A stretch of DNA of 64,000 bases from Helicobacteraceae bacterium (GTDB lineage: Bacteria; Campylobacterota; Campylobacteria; Campylobacterales; SZUA-545): assembly GCA_031288475.1 (NCBI GenBank), contig JAITRJ010000045.1:8743-72742 (forward strand), written 5' to 3'. Under the pieces are notes generated by a model. It worked only from the letters and a program-made list of their open reading frames with translations. It made no database searches and had not been told where the DNA came from. Position numbers and translations under genes: made by a program. Below are positions 20,390 through 29,870 of this stretch, one piece after another. The first letter of the stretch is position 1. Each line of letters opens with the position of its first letter.

Positions 20390-22218
20390 AGATTCTGGGA
20401 ATATCAGCATTTTATCACGACAGCGCCGCCGCGCTGATTATCGACGGAGAGATCGCCGCTGCCGCTCAGGAGGAAAGATTTACAAGAATTAAACACGATC
20501 CCAGCTTCCCGAACAACGCTATTGAATGGATACTTTCCTCGCGGAAAATATCGTTAAGCGAGATCGATTTCGCGGTATTTTACGATAAGCCTTTTTTGAA
20601 ATTTGAACGTTTGCTGGAAACATACGTCGCTTTTGCGCCCAAAGGTTTCGTCTCTTTTCAAAAAGCGATGCCAATCTGGCTTGCGGAAAAACTATTTCAA
20701 AAAGACCTGCTTCGCAGACAGCTAGCTCGATTCGCGCCGGATTTCGATTGGCGGAATAAGCTGCTTTTCTGCGAGCATCATCTAAGCCATGCCGCCAGCG
20801 CTTTCTTTCCTTCCCCGTTTGAAAAAGCGGTTGCTTTGACGATGGACGGCGTAGGCGAATGGGCGACGACATCAATTGCGTTTGGAGATAAAAATACGCT
20901 GAGGATCGATCGGGAACTGCATTTTCCGCACTCTCTTGGTCTGCTATATTCCGCGCTGACATATTACGCGGGGTTCAAGGTCAATTCGGGCGAATATAAG
21001 ATCATGGGGCTTGCACCCTATGGAGAACCCAAATACGCGCAAGTAATTTTCGACAATCTGATCGATCTTAAAGACGACGGATCGTTCAGGCTGAATCAGT
21101 CATATTTCGACTATTGCACAGGGTTGAAAATGACAAATAAAAAGTTTGATGTCCTTTTTGGCGGCGCGGCGCGAAAGGCGGACGATCCGCTTACGCAGCG
21201 GGAAATGGATCTTGCCGCCTCGATTCAGGCGGTAACGGAAGAGATTATTTTACGCATAGTACGCTCCATAGCGAAAGAAACGGGGGAAGAAAACCTCTGC
21301 TTAGCCGGCGGCGTAGCGCTTAACTGCGTGGCAAACGGCAAACTCCTAAAGAAGGGATATTTCAAGCGGATGTGGATTCAGCCTGCGGCGGGGGATGCCG
21401 GCGGCGCGATCGGCGCAGCTTTAACGGCATATTACGTTCATCTGGGAAATCCCCGCGTCATCAACGACGGAGATTCGATGAAAGGCTCTTATCTCGGGCC
21501 ATCGTTCTCAGCCGACGAAGCGGCAAAACGGCTTACGAAGGTCGGAGCCGCATTTGAAACGCTTGACGAGGAGACTCTGTTAGACAGAGTGGTCTCCGCT
21601 CTGTGCGAAGGCAAGGCGATTGGTTGGTTTCAAGGCAGAATGGAGTTTGGACCGCGAGCTTTGGGCGCAAGGTCGATTATCGCCGATCCTCGTTCGATCA
21701 CAATGCAGAAAACCCTTAATCTAAAGATCAAATTCCGTGAAAGTTTCCGCCCGTTCGCTCCTTCGGTTTTAAGCGAAAAGGCAGGCGATTATTTCGAACT
21801 GGATGAAAAAAGTCCATATATGCTCCTGACAGCAGACGTACGTGAAAATTTGCGGCGCGCAATGAGCGAAGAAGAGCAGGCGCTGTTTGGAATTGATAAG
21901 CTGAACAGACCGCGATCCTCTATCTCCGCCGTTACGCACGTCGACTATTCGGCGCGCGTGCAAACCGTTCATAAAATGACAAACCCGCGCTATCACGCGC
22001 TTATAAGCCGCTTCGAGGCAAAAACCGGATGCGCAGTTTTGGTAAACACCTCGTTTAACGTGCGCGGAGAACCGATCGTATGTTCGCCCGAAGATGCGTT
22101 TAGATGTTTTATGGGAACCGGACTGGACGTTCTTGTCGTGGAAAACTGTTATATGGAAAAACCGTTTCAAAATCCTGCATTGAAACTTGATTATAAAAGC
22201 GCATTTGAACCGGATTAG
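20386..22218 (+). CDS. O-carbamoyltransferase, CmcH/NodU/TobZ (SxtI-like) family
   Basis: HDSAAAL, EERFTRIKH, EHHLSHA, DGVGE, GEYKIMGLAPYG, GGVALNC, EFGPRALG, RESFRPFAP and NTSFN. Confidence 0.95.
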   Translation: MKILGISAFYHDSAAALIIDGEIAAAAQEERFTRIKHDPSFPNNAIEWILSSRKISLSEIDFAVFYDKPFLKFERLLETYVAFAPKGFVSFQKAMPIWLAEKLFQKDLLRRQLARFAPDFDWRNKLLFCEHHLSHAASAFFPSPFEKAVALTMDGVGEWATTSIAFGDKNTLRIDRELHFPHSLGLLYSALTYYAGFKVNSGEYKIMGLAPYGEPKYAQVIFDNLIDLKDDGSFRLNQSYFDYCTGLKMTNKKFDVLFGGAARKADDPLTQREMDLAASIQAVTEEIILRIVRSIAKETGEENLCLAGGVALNCVANGKLLKKGYFKRMWIQPAAGDAGGAIGAALTAYYVHLGNPRVINDGDSMKGSYLGPSFSADEAAKRLTKVGAAFETLDEETLLDRVVSALCEGKAIGWFQGRMEFGPRALGARSIIADPRSITMQKTLNLKIKFRESFRPFAPSVLSEKAGDYFELDEKSPYMLLTADVRENLRRAMSEEEQALFGIDKLNRPRSSISAVTHVDYSARVQTVHKMTNPRYHALISRFEAKTGCAVLVNTSFNVRGEPIVCSPEDAFRCFMGTGLDVLVVENCYMEKPFQNPALKLDYKSAFEPD

Positions 22219-22279
22219 GATTGCAGACGGGGCAGCAATTAACGTAAAACCAATAAATCAGCGGCGTAATTTATAAAAA

Positions 22280-23434
22280 CTATTCGATGTGGAGGTGGTT
22301 GCCTTTCTGTATTTTGCAGATCTTCTTTATCCGCGCTGCGTCTAACGAAAAATCATCAAGATTTTTATACTCTTTGCGTCTGTTTATTGCCTCTGCTGCA
22401 GATAAACTTGCGATTGGAAAATTTTCGGTTACCCCATGCCTGTTTTTTGATACAATAAATCCATTTTTTACGTCTTCCTCATTATAGAGCGAAAGGATTC
22501 TCTGGCTGAAGGTTCCGATCACGCTCCTGCAATACTCCTCTCCGTCGTGATAATCGGTTATTACGACAAAATCGTCGCCTCCGATATGACCTATGAACTC
22601 ATTTTTCAGGGAGTTGGTTTTCAGAATATCTGAGAGTAACTTCAGCATCAGATCGCCGTTGACAAAGCCGTAAGCATCGTTATACGCCTTGAAATTATTT
22701 ATGTCGTAGTATGTTATACAGTACGGCTTTGTGTCGAATATCCATCGGAAAATTTCGCCTTCTATTAACAAGTTTCCTGATAGTCCGGTAAGTGGGTTTG
22801 AGTGTTTGGCGATCTCTATTTGAATTCTTGTTCTAGCATCCAGCAGATCTTTGACTGTTACCACGCCGAAATACTTGTTGTCTTTCTCAAGCACAATAGG
22901 ATTGCAGAGTCTCTTGTAAGGTCTCTGCATGGCGATTCGAGAAACGTCGTCGACATTTATGCTTTGATCCACCTTCAGAAAATCGGTTCGCATTAGTTCG
23001 CTTATGTACTTCCGTCGGCTTATAAAATGACCGTATATTTCGTCGAACGCCGCAAACAAATCTGTTTTTGTTAAATCATATTGGCTTATTTTCATCCACT
23101 ATATATATCTCTGTTACCGCCGGATTTGCTTTAGTCATCTCAAAAAGTGTCAATGCTTTTTCGTCTGGCGTGCATGTATAACCATTTTTGCTCAAAACCC
23201 CAATTCTTGGCTGAACGTAGTTTGTGATATTTTCAATGTAATATTTTGATTGAGTGGCGGCAATTATCTTTGTTTTTTTCAGGATCAATCTCGTCAAAGG
23301 ATTTCTTAGGGATCCCAATGAAAAAACCCTGCCCGAAATTAACGCCCAGTTTTATAAACGTGCGAAGTTCCTTTTCGATTCCAATTCCTTTCGCAATTAA
23401 ATTTATTTTCGTATTTCTGCAGAAAAAGAATTAG
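22280..23434 (-). pseudogene. Truncated, frameshifted EAL-CBS-GGDEF c-di-GMP protein (3' CBS-GGDEF portion 22280-23095 still open)
   Basis: EAL C-terminal remnant IAKGIGIEKELRTFIKLGVNFGQGFFIG near 23300-23400, then two frame changes, then CBS and NPLTGL...DINNFKAYNDAYG...HIGGDDF; AT-rich. Confidence 0.8.
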
Positions 23435-23473
23435 ATCGCGCTGGCGGCGCCAGTTGGAGAAATGGCGGTTATT

Positions 23474-24814
23474 TTACTTAATCCTCGCATTGATCGTTCC
23501 ACAGAAACTCTCGTCTCTGTAAAACTCAACACGGTATGCTTTCCCGCCCACATCTTCTGAAAAACGGGGTTCCAAATCTTTTTTAGCAATCTCTGTGCCG
23601 CTCTCATTTTTTATGCCCTCGGCTGAAAAGCCGATTACATTGATCCTTAAATCCTCTCTCGGCACGACACTAAAATAGTCCGCGAAGGCGAATGTCATAC
23701 CCATATTAAGCCGTCTTATCCTGCCGTCCACGTCAATCTGTACCAGACTGATGGAACAGTTTTGATCAAAGTACTGCGGATAGAGCGAGCTTATCCTTTT
23801 ATTGCCTATGTATATATCGATTCGATCCCCGCGGCGCTTCACCGCTCCCAGCGGATGATTAAAAACAAAACGATCCTCCTTATTTTTATCCAGCGGTACA
23901 AATCGCAATATGTTTCTTAAATCAATCAAATTAAACGCCATCTTATCGTTGATCCATATTTTTCCGTAGCTGTTAAGAGCTTTTTGAATTCCATTGAAAT
24001 TAAGTTTGAAATCCCGTTCGTACTCAATATTCATCAGCTTCATCATCTCTTCGATCGATCTCAGATGATACTCAACCTTCACCGCCAACGCGTCGATATT
24101 TTTGCTTGTCTCCTGCCCAAATGCCGGCTTCAGATGCGTGATTGCGTAGTAGGTGAGAGACAGCCGCATCGCTTCGTCTTTGTTTTTTGTTTCGGTATTT
24201 CTAACGCTGAAGTAGTGCAGATCGTCCTTCAGCCTTTTGTTAAGATTCTCCGTAATCTTTGTCGCGAGCTCGTCCATATTGCCGAAGGGCGCATCGTTTA
24301 GTTCAAGCGTTTTCTGATCGATCACGAGCGTCTGCCCCCACGCCTTAGGATTAAATATAGTATTCTCCCACCGCTCCCGATAAAAACCGTGCCCGTCGTG
24401 CAGATTCATTACCATATTTACCTGAGGATCGGCTATGATCTCCTTAATCTTCTGCACTATTTCATAGTCTGTGTCGTCGGTTTTTATGGTGGAAAATTTA
24501 CGATTCATATCGCCGTACACCCCGCGCCTATTGCGGATTATACTTTCAAAATTTAAATTCGGCGCGATCCAGAGCGAACCTTTTTTTATCCGGTAATGGG
24601 TGGCAAGCAGGGCAGAAGCGAAATACCCCCCAGGCTCGTCGCCGTGAACGCCGCCTACTACTAAAAGAGTGTTGCCTTTGACAGCGCCATCAAGCTTATA
24701 AAACCTAAAACGCAAAAACTCGCCGCTTTGGTGCGCTTTTGTCTGATTTTCGTCCCACACTTCAACCGCGAAAGCGGCGGCGCAAACAACAAAAAGCGTC
24801 CATACAAGGCGCAT
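23474..24814 (-). CDS. csd4: Peptidoglycan DL-carboxypeptidase Csd4/Pgp1 (M99 family)
   Basis: GVHGDEPGG, DMNRKF, LHDGHG, WGQ and ETSK motifs; three-domain length. Confidence 0.85.
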   Translation of the reverse strand: MRLVWTLFVVCAAAFAVEVWDENQTKAHQSGEFLRFRFYKLDGAVKGNTLLVVGGVHGDEPGGYFASALLATHYRIKKGSLWIAPNLNFESIIRNRRGVYGDMNRKFSTIKTDDTDYEIVQKIKEIIADPQVNMVMNLHDGHGFYRERWENTIFNPKAWGQTLVIDQKTLELNDAPFGNMDELATKITENLNKRLKDDLHYFSVRNTETKNKDEAMRLSLTYYAITHLKPAFGQETSKNIDALAVKVEYHLRSIEEMMKLMNIEYERDFKLNFNGIQKALNSYGKIWINDKMAFNLIDLRNILRFVPLDKNKEDRFVFNHPLGAVKRRGDRIDIYIGNKRISSLYPQYFDQNCSISLVQIDVDGRIRRLNMGMTFAFADYFSVVPREDLRINVIGFSAEGIKNESGTEIAKKDLEPRFSEDVGGKAYRVEFYRDESFCGTINARIK

Positions 24815-24816
24815 CC

Positions 24817-25224
24817 TTATTCTTCTTCCAAGGTTTTTAAAATCGCTCCTACAATATCGTCCATCGTAATCAGCCCTTCCAGCTTGTTGTTCTGCGTAAC
24901 CACAATACGCCTCACTCCCTGATTTACCATCAGCTTAGCCACGTACTTTATCTCCAGTTCACGGCTCACCGTCAGCACCGGTTTCGCAGCGGCGTCGATC
25001 ACGCTGATAAGATCGATATCGCCCTCGTCCGCCACGATATATCGCAGAAGCGTTGTGTATGTGAGGATTCCAAAGGCGTCGTGCTCGTGCCGCTTATCCA
25101 TCACCAGAGCTTTGACTTTGCTCCTGTTCATCAGCAGCATTGCTTCGCGTAACGTGGCAAAAGGCGAAACTGTTACGACTTCACGCATCATTATATCTTT
25201 TACCAGCAAACTTGTACCTTTCAT
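24817..25224 (-). CDS. Stand-alone CBS-pair protein
   Basis: VKDIM, FGILT and GLITMDDI tandem CBS motifs. Confidence 0.85.
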   Translation of the reverse strand: MKGTSLLVKDIMMREVVTVSPFATLREAMLLMNRSKVKALVMDKRHEHDAFGILTYTTLLRYIVADEGDIDLISVIDAAAKPVLTVSRELEIKYVAKLMVNQGVRRIVVTQNNKLEGLITMDDIVGAILKTLEEE

Positions 25225-25568
25225 AACTCATCCTTTATGCGTTGTTCAAACCGCTGAATCTGTACCGGATCAATCCCCGATATGTGTTCGAGCGGCAGCG
25301 TAAAAACCACCCCTTTTGAGTGTTTCACCAGCTCAAGTTCCTTCGTTAAACTCTTTAGTACGGCAACGGATAATTTTCGCTCCAACACAAAAATCAGAAC
25401 AAGCTGCGCGCCCTCAAGGGTTAAGCCGAAAAAAATCTTCTTTTCAACCGCCCCAATACCGCGCGCCGAAAGAATCGTAACTCCTTCCGCCCCCGCCTCT
25501 TTGGCGACTTTGATTGCCTTTTCTTCCAAATCGTCGGCAAGAATTGCCACCAACACGGAAAATTTCAT
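25221..25568 (-). CDS. PII-like signal transduction protein
   Basis: AGAEGVTILSARGIG and KGVVFTLPLEHISGI motifs of the PII fold. Confidence 0.8.
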   Translation of the reverse strand: MKFSVLVAILADDLEEKAIKVAKEAGAEGVTILSARGIGAVEKKIFFGLTLEGAQLVLIFVLERKLSVAVLKSLTKELELVKHSKGVVFTLPLEHISGIDPVQIQRFEQRIKDEL

Positions 25569-27043
25569 TTACCCTCCTTTATAGTAGGTTGTTTAGCGCT
25601 CCGTTCCGCGATAGCCGCATAGATCATAACTGTAATCGCGGGGGAAAACGAAGAGAAAATCAGCAGCCCGAAACCATCAAGCAGTATACTGCGCCCATCA
25701 ATATTGGACGCAAGCCCGATTCCAAGCGCGGTAACCATAGGAACGCTGATCACCGACGACGCCACGCCTCCCAGATCGTAAGCGAGCGCGCGGATATAGT
25801 TCGGCGCTAAAAAGGACACAAGACCAACCAGCATAAAACCGATGATCACATAGAGCGTCATCTGCCCGCCGCTGAGAATACGGTGCGCTCCCACCGTAAT
25901 GCCAATCGCCACGCCCAGCGCCACCATCAGGCGAAGCGCGCCGGCCTTGATCTTTCCGCGCGCCGCTTCCTCCGCCTGTTTACCAACCGCAATCAGCGCC
26001 GGCTCCGCCATCGTAGTGGCAAATCCGAACATAAAAGCGAACAGGTAAATGTAAAACGAGCCGCCTGCGTCGACAAGCTGCTCCGCCATTGCGGTGCCGA
26101 TAGGGAACAGTCCCATCTTCAAGCCGACCACAAAGGCGTACAAACCCAAAATCACCAATACAAAGCCAAAAGCCACATGGTGCGCTCTGGCAAGCGGGCG
26201 GCGCAGAATCGCAAACTGAAAAAACAGTACTACGAAGATGATCGGCAGCACGTCGCGGAACATTCCCAAAAGTTCAAAGAAAGCGAGTTTGACGGACATC
26301 TCTGCTTGAGCTTCCGCCGCCGCAGTTACAACCGCCTCCGCCCCGCCGCCGCTGTAGACGACAATTCCGTAAAGAAGCACGCTTATCGTCGGCGCGAGCA
26401 GTACCATCGCCACAAGACCAAAGCCGTCAGCGAACATATCGCGCCCGCGGATCGCGCCGGCAAGACCAAGCCCAAACGCCGTTATCAGCGGCACGGTAAC
26501 TACGTTTGTCGTAACGCTGCCGCTGTCGTACGCGAGTCCTAAAATCTCATCGGGGGCAAAGTAGGAGATTACCATAATAAGCAGATATCCGCACAGCATA
26601 TACCGCATAACCGAATGCCCCAGCACAATGCGAAGCACCCCAAGCGCGATGACAATGCCAGCCGACACCGCGACGACGATCCGCAGTATAAGCGCACGTA
26701 TCTGCCCGCCGCTGATTTCCTCCGCCTGCTGGGCGACGGCGATAAGCGCAGGTTCGGCAATCACCGCCGCGAAACCGAGGCAGAACCCAAAGAGCAGCAG
26801 CAGAAAGAGGCTTCCGCGTCTGGCAAGTTCGTTGGATAGGCTGTTGCCGATTGGGAAAATGCCCAGATCAAGCCCCTGCAAAAGAAGCGCGACGCCAAAG
26901 ACAACGATCAACATACCAATTAGGATTGACGAGAGATTCTCCGGCGTGCCGTCAAAGATCGCCGCCTGAAAAAAGACGACCACCGCCACGATCGGCAGCA
27001 GATTTTTGAAGGCGTTAAAAAGCGTCTCAAAAAATGCCCACAT
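25565..27043 (-). CDS. Tandem DUF1538 integral membrane protein
   Basis: Two internal repeats, each with G.FPIG, AEPAL, LAYDxG.V, V.VP and DGFG. Confidence 0.8.
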   Translation of the reverse strand: MWAFFETLFNAFKNLLPIVAVVVFFQAAIFDGTPENLSSILIGMLIVVFGVALLLQGLDLGIFPIGNSLSNELARRGSLFLLLLFGFCLGFAAVIAEPALIAVAQQAEEISGGQIRALILRIVVAVSAGIVIALGVLRIVLGHSVMRYMLCGYLLIMVISYFAPDEILGLAYDSGSVTTNVVTVPLITAFGLGLAGAIRGRDMFADGFGLVAMVLLAPTISVLLYGIVVYSGGGAEAVVTAAAEAQAEMSVKLAFFELLGMFRDVLPIIFVVLFFQFAILRRPLARAHHVAFGFVLVILGLYAFVVGLKMGLFPIGTAMAEQLVDAGGSFYIYLFAFMFGFATTMAEPALIAVGKQAEEAARGKIKAGALRLMVALGVAIGITVGAHRILSGGQMTLYVIIGFMLVGLVSFLAPNYIRALAYDLGGVASSVISVPMVTALGIGLASNIDGRSILLDGFGLLIFSSFSPAITVMIYAAIAERSAKQPTIKEGK

Positions 27044-27064
27044 ATAGAATTTTAGCCAAACGAT

Positions 27065-27970
27065 CTAAAACAGCGAAGCACTTTGGGGAATGATCCGCGC
27101 GGCGCTGGCTAAAAGATCCTCTTTGCTTACGCTGGAAACGTACGCAAAATTATAAAGAGTGCTTTTCAACCCTTCAGCCAATACAAATGCGGGAATTTTC
27201 GGCGGAATATAGAGCTTAAGCCATGCCATATTCCGCGAAAAAAAGCGGACAACTTCATTCTCTATGCCAAGCGAATCCAAGATGACATAACGATCCGAAA
27301 AAATAGGAAATATCTGGAAATTTTCGATCTCGATTCGGCGGTTTGCGCTTATAGAAAGTTTATGTTTATCAGCAAAAGCTACAACACTTTGCAGTCGATC
27401 AGCAAAGAGAGATGGAAGCTCAAAGTACTCGATCTTTGAATTCAGAAAAATTACGCTTTCAAACACGCTGTACTGGGCGCACGCTGCCTGAACCTGCTCC
27501 ATAGGAAAGCTTGCCGCGGACTCGTCTATAACGCTTCCCTTCACGCATAGCAGTACGGAATTGCTGTTAAACTCCTCGATCGCGGTTTGCAGCGAATCCG
27601 CCGCGCAAAAGCCTTTCGGCGCGATTAGTTTTTTTGCGATCATATAGGACACCGGATCGCACGAAAAAACCTTCAATCGGTTTTCCAGCGTTAAAAAGCG
27701 GAGAACACCAGCGAGAGCGCGTATAGGATCGTCGCACTGAATGTAGGCGATTTCCGTATCAAGCGCCGCTTGAATCGCACCGCAGAAAACAATGGCGAAC
27801 GCCCCGCGGACAATCGCTTGCGCCAGCGCCCCTTCGTTGCCGTCAAAGTGAAAAAAACAGTCAGCGCGCAGAATCAGATCGGCATCAAAACGAAAATTGC
27901 AGGAGATCTCCAAATCACAATCCGCAAGCAGTCTGCCGCGCACTATTTCGGCAAGCGACGCCGCTCTCAT
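27065..27970 (-). CDS. Hypothetical protein with Mur-ligase-like N-terminus
   Basis: Overlaps the metG stop. N-terminus LAEIVRGRLL...AIVRGAFAIV...DPIRAL resembles the MurF N-domain; no P-loop. Confidence 0.6.
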   Translation of the reverse strand: MRAASLAEIVRGRLLADCDLEISCNFRFDADLILRADCFFHFDGNEGALAQAIVRGAFAIVFCGAIQAALDTEIAYIQCDDPIRALAGVLRFLTLENRLKVFSCDPVSYMIAKKLIAPKGFCAADSLQTAIEEFNSNSVLLCVKGSVIDESAASFPMEQVQAACAQYSVFESVIFLNSKIEYFELPSLFADRLQSVVAFADKHKLSISANRRIEIENFQIFPIFSDRYVILDSLGIENEVVRFFSRNMAWLKLYIPPKIPAFVLAEGLKSTLYNFAYVSSVSKEDLLASAARIIPQSASLF

Positions 27971-29862
27971 CGGACCCGCGCGCCGTTTGCCATCAAGCCT
28001 TCCGTTTTGATCAGCTTTAAACCTGACTGGTCTGCCGCGGCAAGGATCATTCCGTCGCTTTTAATTCCCATTATATTCGCGCTTTTCAGGTTGCTGACAA
28101 CGCATACCTGTAAACCCATCAGCGATCCGCGATCATAAAACCGCCTGATACCGGATACGATCTGCCGCGGCTCTGTTTCGCCTAAATCGATTCGCAGAAC
28201 AAGCAACGAGTCGCTCTTTTCCACTTCTTTGACGTCCACTATGGTTCCGACTTTTATCTCTGTTTTCAAAAAGTCGTCGATCGATATCTGATCGTTGATT
28301 TCGATGGCGGAAACCGCTTCGCTTTCAACGGCGGCTGGCTTTTCTATCCGCGCAAAAAGAACAGGGGAATCGGTCAAATCGTAACTTATGTTCCACTCGC
28401 CTCTTACGATTAGTCTCTCTAGCGTTTTGACATCGATCGATATGCCGATTGCCCGCGCAATCTGCTCCGCTTTTTTAGGCATTATCGGCGCAAGAAGCAG
28501 AGCGCCTTTTGCTAAAACGTTCGCAATAAACACAAGCATTTCACTAACAGAGGCGAACTCATTTTTTTTGATCTTTTCCCATGGTTTGAAGTCGTTGATC
28601 AGTTTATTGGCAATCGAAAAAATCTTAAACAGTTCCTCCAGATAGCGGTGAAACTGCAACGTATCAAAAAGAGTGTTCAATTGCGCGATTATGCCGTCTG
28701 TCTCTTTCCGTTCGTTTTCAAAAAGTTGCAGCTGTCCGGTTTTAATGCTGTTATTAAAATATTTTTTACTCATTCCAAGAAGACGGCTTAACAAATTGCC
28801 CAGATCGTTGGCAAGGTCGCTGTTAATCCGATCAATAAACGCCTTCTGCGCGTAATCTCCATCTTGCCCAAAAGGTACATCGCGCAGCAGAAAGTAGCGG
28901 AACTGTTCGTAACCGTAGCTGTCCGCAACCTCTTTAGGGCTGATAACATTCCCCTTTGATTTGCTCATCTTCGCGCCGTCTTTTGTCCACCAGCCGTGCG
29001 CGGCGACGCATTTGGGCAGAGGTAAATTGAGACTCATCAGAAAAGCCGGCCAGTATATCGCGTGAAAACGCAGAATATCTTTCCCTATAACGTGAACGCT
29101 CGCAGGCCAGAACTCCATCAGTTTCTCGTCCGCCCCCCAACCCAGCGCGGTGGCGTAGTTCATCAGCGCGTCAAGCCAGACGTAAATCACATGCTTTGAG
29201 TCGTTTACGCTTTTTGGCAGCTTAATCCCCCACTCAAAGTTCGTTCGGGTGATCGAAAGATCGTCAAGCCCCTCGCGTACAAAACGAACGACTTCGTTCT
29301 TGCGCGATCTCGGCAGGATTACGTCGTCTCCGCTTTCATACCACTCCAGCAGCCGCTCTTGATATTTGCTGAGCCTGAAAAAGTAGTTCTCTTCCTTCAG
29401 CACGGAGGTAGGCTTGCCGCAATCCGGGCAAGCGCCGCCCTCAAGAAGCTGCGTAGACGTCCAGAAGGTTTCGCAGGAGACGCAATAGTTCCCCTCAAAC
29501 TCCCCTTTGTATATGTCGCCACTGGCAAACATCTTTTCAAACGCCTTTTGAACGCCTTGTACATGATCTGAATCGGTTGTGCGCAGAAAGCGGTCATAGC
29601 TGATTCCAAAGTAATCCCAGAGCGCCTTGAATTCCGCGCTGATTCTGTTGGCAAACGCGAGCGGCTCGTCGCCCCTGTCCTTAGCCGCCTGTTCGATCTT
29701 CTGCCCATGTTCGTCCGTGCCCGTCAGAAAATAGGTCTTAGCGCCGCGCAGTCTCGCGCCGCGCGCAAGCACATCGCATATGATCGTCGAATAGGCATGG
29801 CCAATATGCGGGACATCATTAACGTAGTAAATCGGCGATGTTACATAAAAACGTTTATCCAC
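27967..29862 (-). CDS. metG: Methionine--tRNA ligase
   Basis: HIGH, GTDEHG, Zn knuckle, YVWLDA, KMSKS and C-terminal tRNA-binding domain. Confidence 0.97.
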   Translation of the reverse strand: MDKRFYVTSPIYYVNDVPHIGHAYSTIICDVLARGARLRGAKTYFLTGTDEHGQKIEQAAKDRGDEPLAFANRISAEFKALWDYFGISYDRFLRTTDSDHVQGVQKAFEKMFASGDIYKGEFEGNYCVSCETFWTSTQLLEGGACPDCGKPTSVLKEENYFFRLSKYQERLLEWYESGDDVILPRSRKNEVVRFVREGLDDLSITRTNFEWGIKLPKSVNDSKHVIYVWLDALMNYATALGWGADEKLMEFWPASVHVIGKDILRFHAIYWPAFLMSLNLPLPKCVAAHGWWTKDGAKMSKSKGNVISPKEVADSYGYEQFRYFLLRDVPFGQDGDYAQKAFIDRINSDLANDLGNLLSRLLGMSKKYFNNSIKTGQLQLFENERKETDGIIAQLNTLFDTLQFHRYLEELFKIFSIANKLINDFKPWEKIKKNEFASVSEMLVFIANVLAKGALLLAPIMPKKAEQIARAIGISIDVKTLERLIVRGEWNISYDLTDSPVLFARIEKPAAVESEAVSAIEINDQISIDDFLKTEIKVGTIVDVKEVEKSDSLLVLRIDLGETEPRQIVSGIRRFYDRGSLMGLQVCVVSNLKSANIMGIKSDGMILAAADQSGLKLIKTEGLMANGARVR

Positions 29863-29870
29863 GCTGACTC

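Noticed and set aside
18703-22218. Saxitoxin or other secondary-metabolite biosynthesis from the sxtI/J/K-like genes
   Set aside because: No sxtA, sxtG or other core biosynthetic genes in the window; these families are widespread outside toxin clusters.
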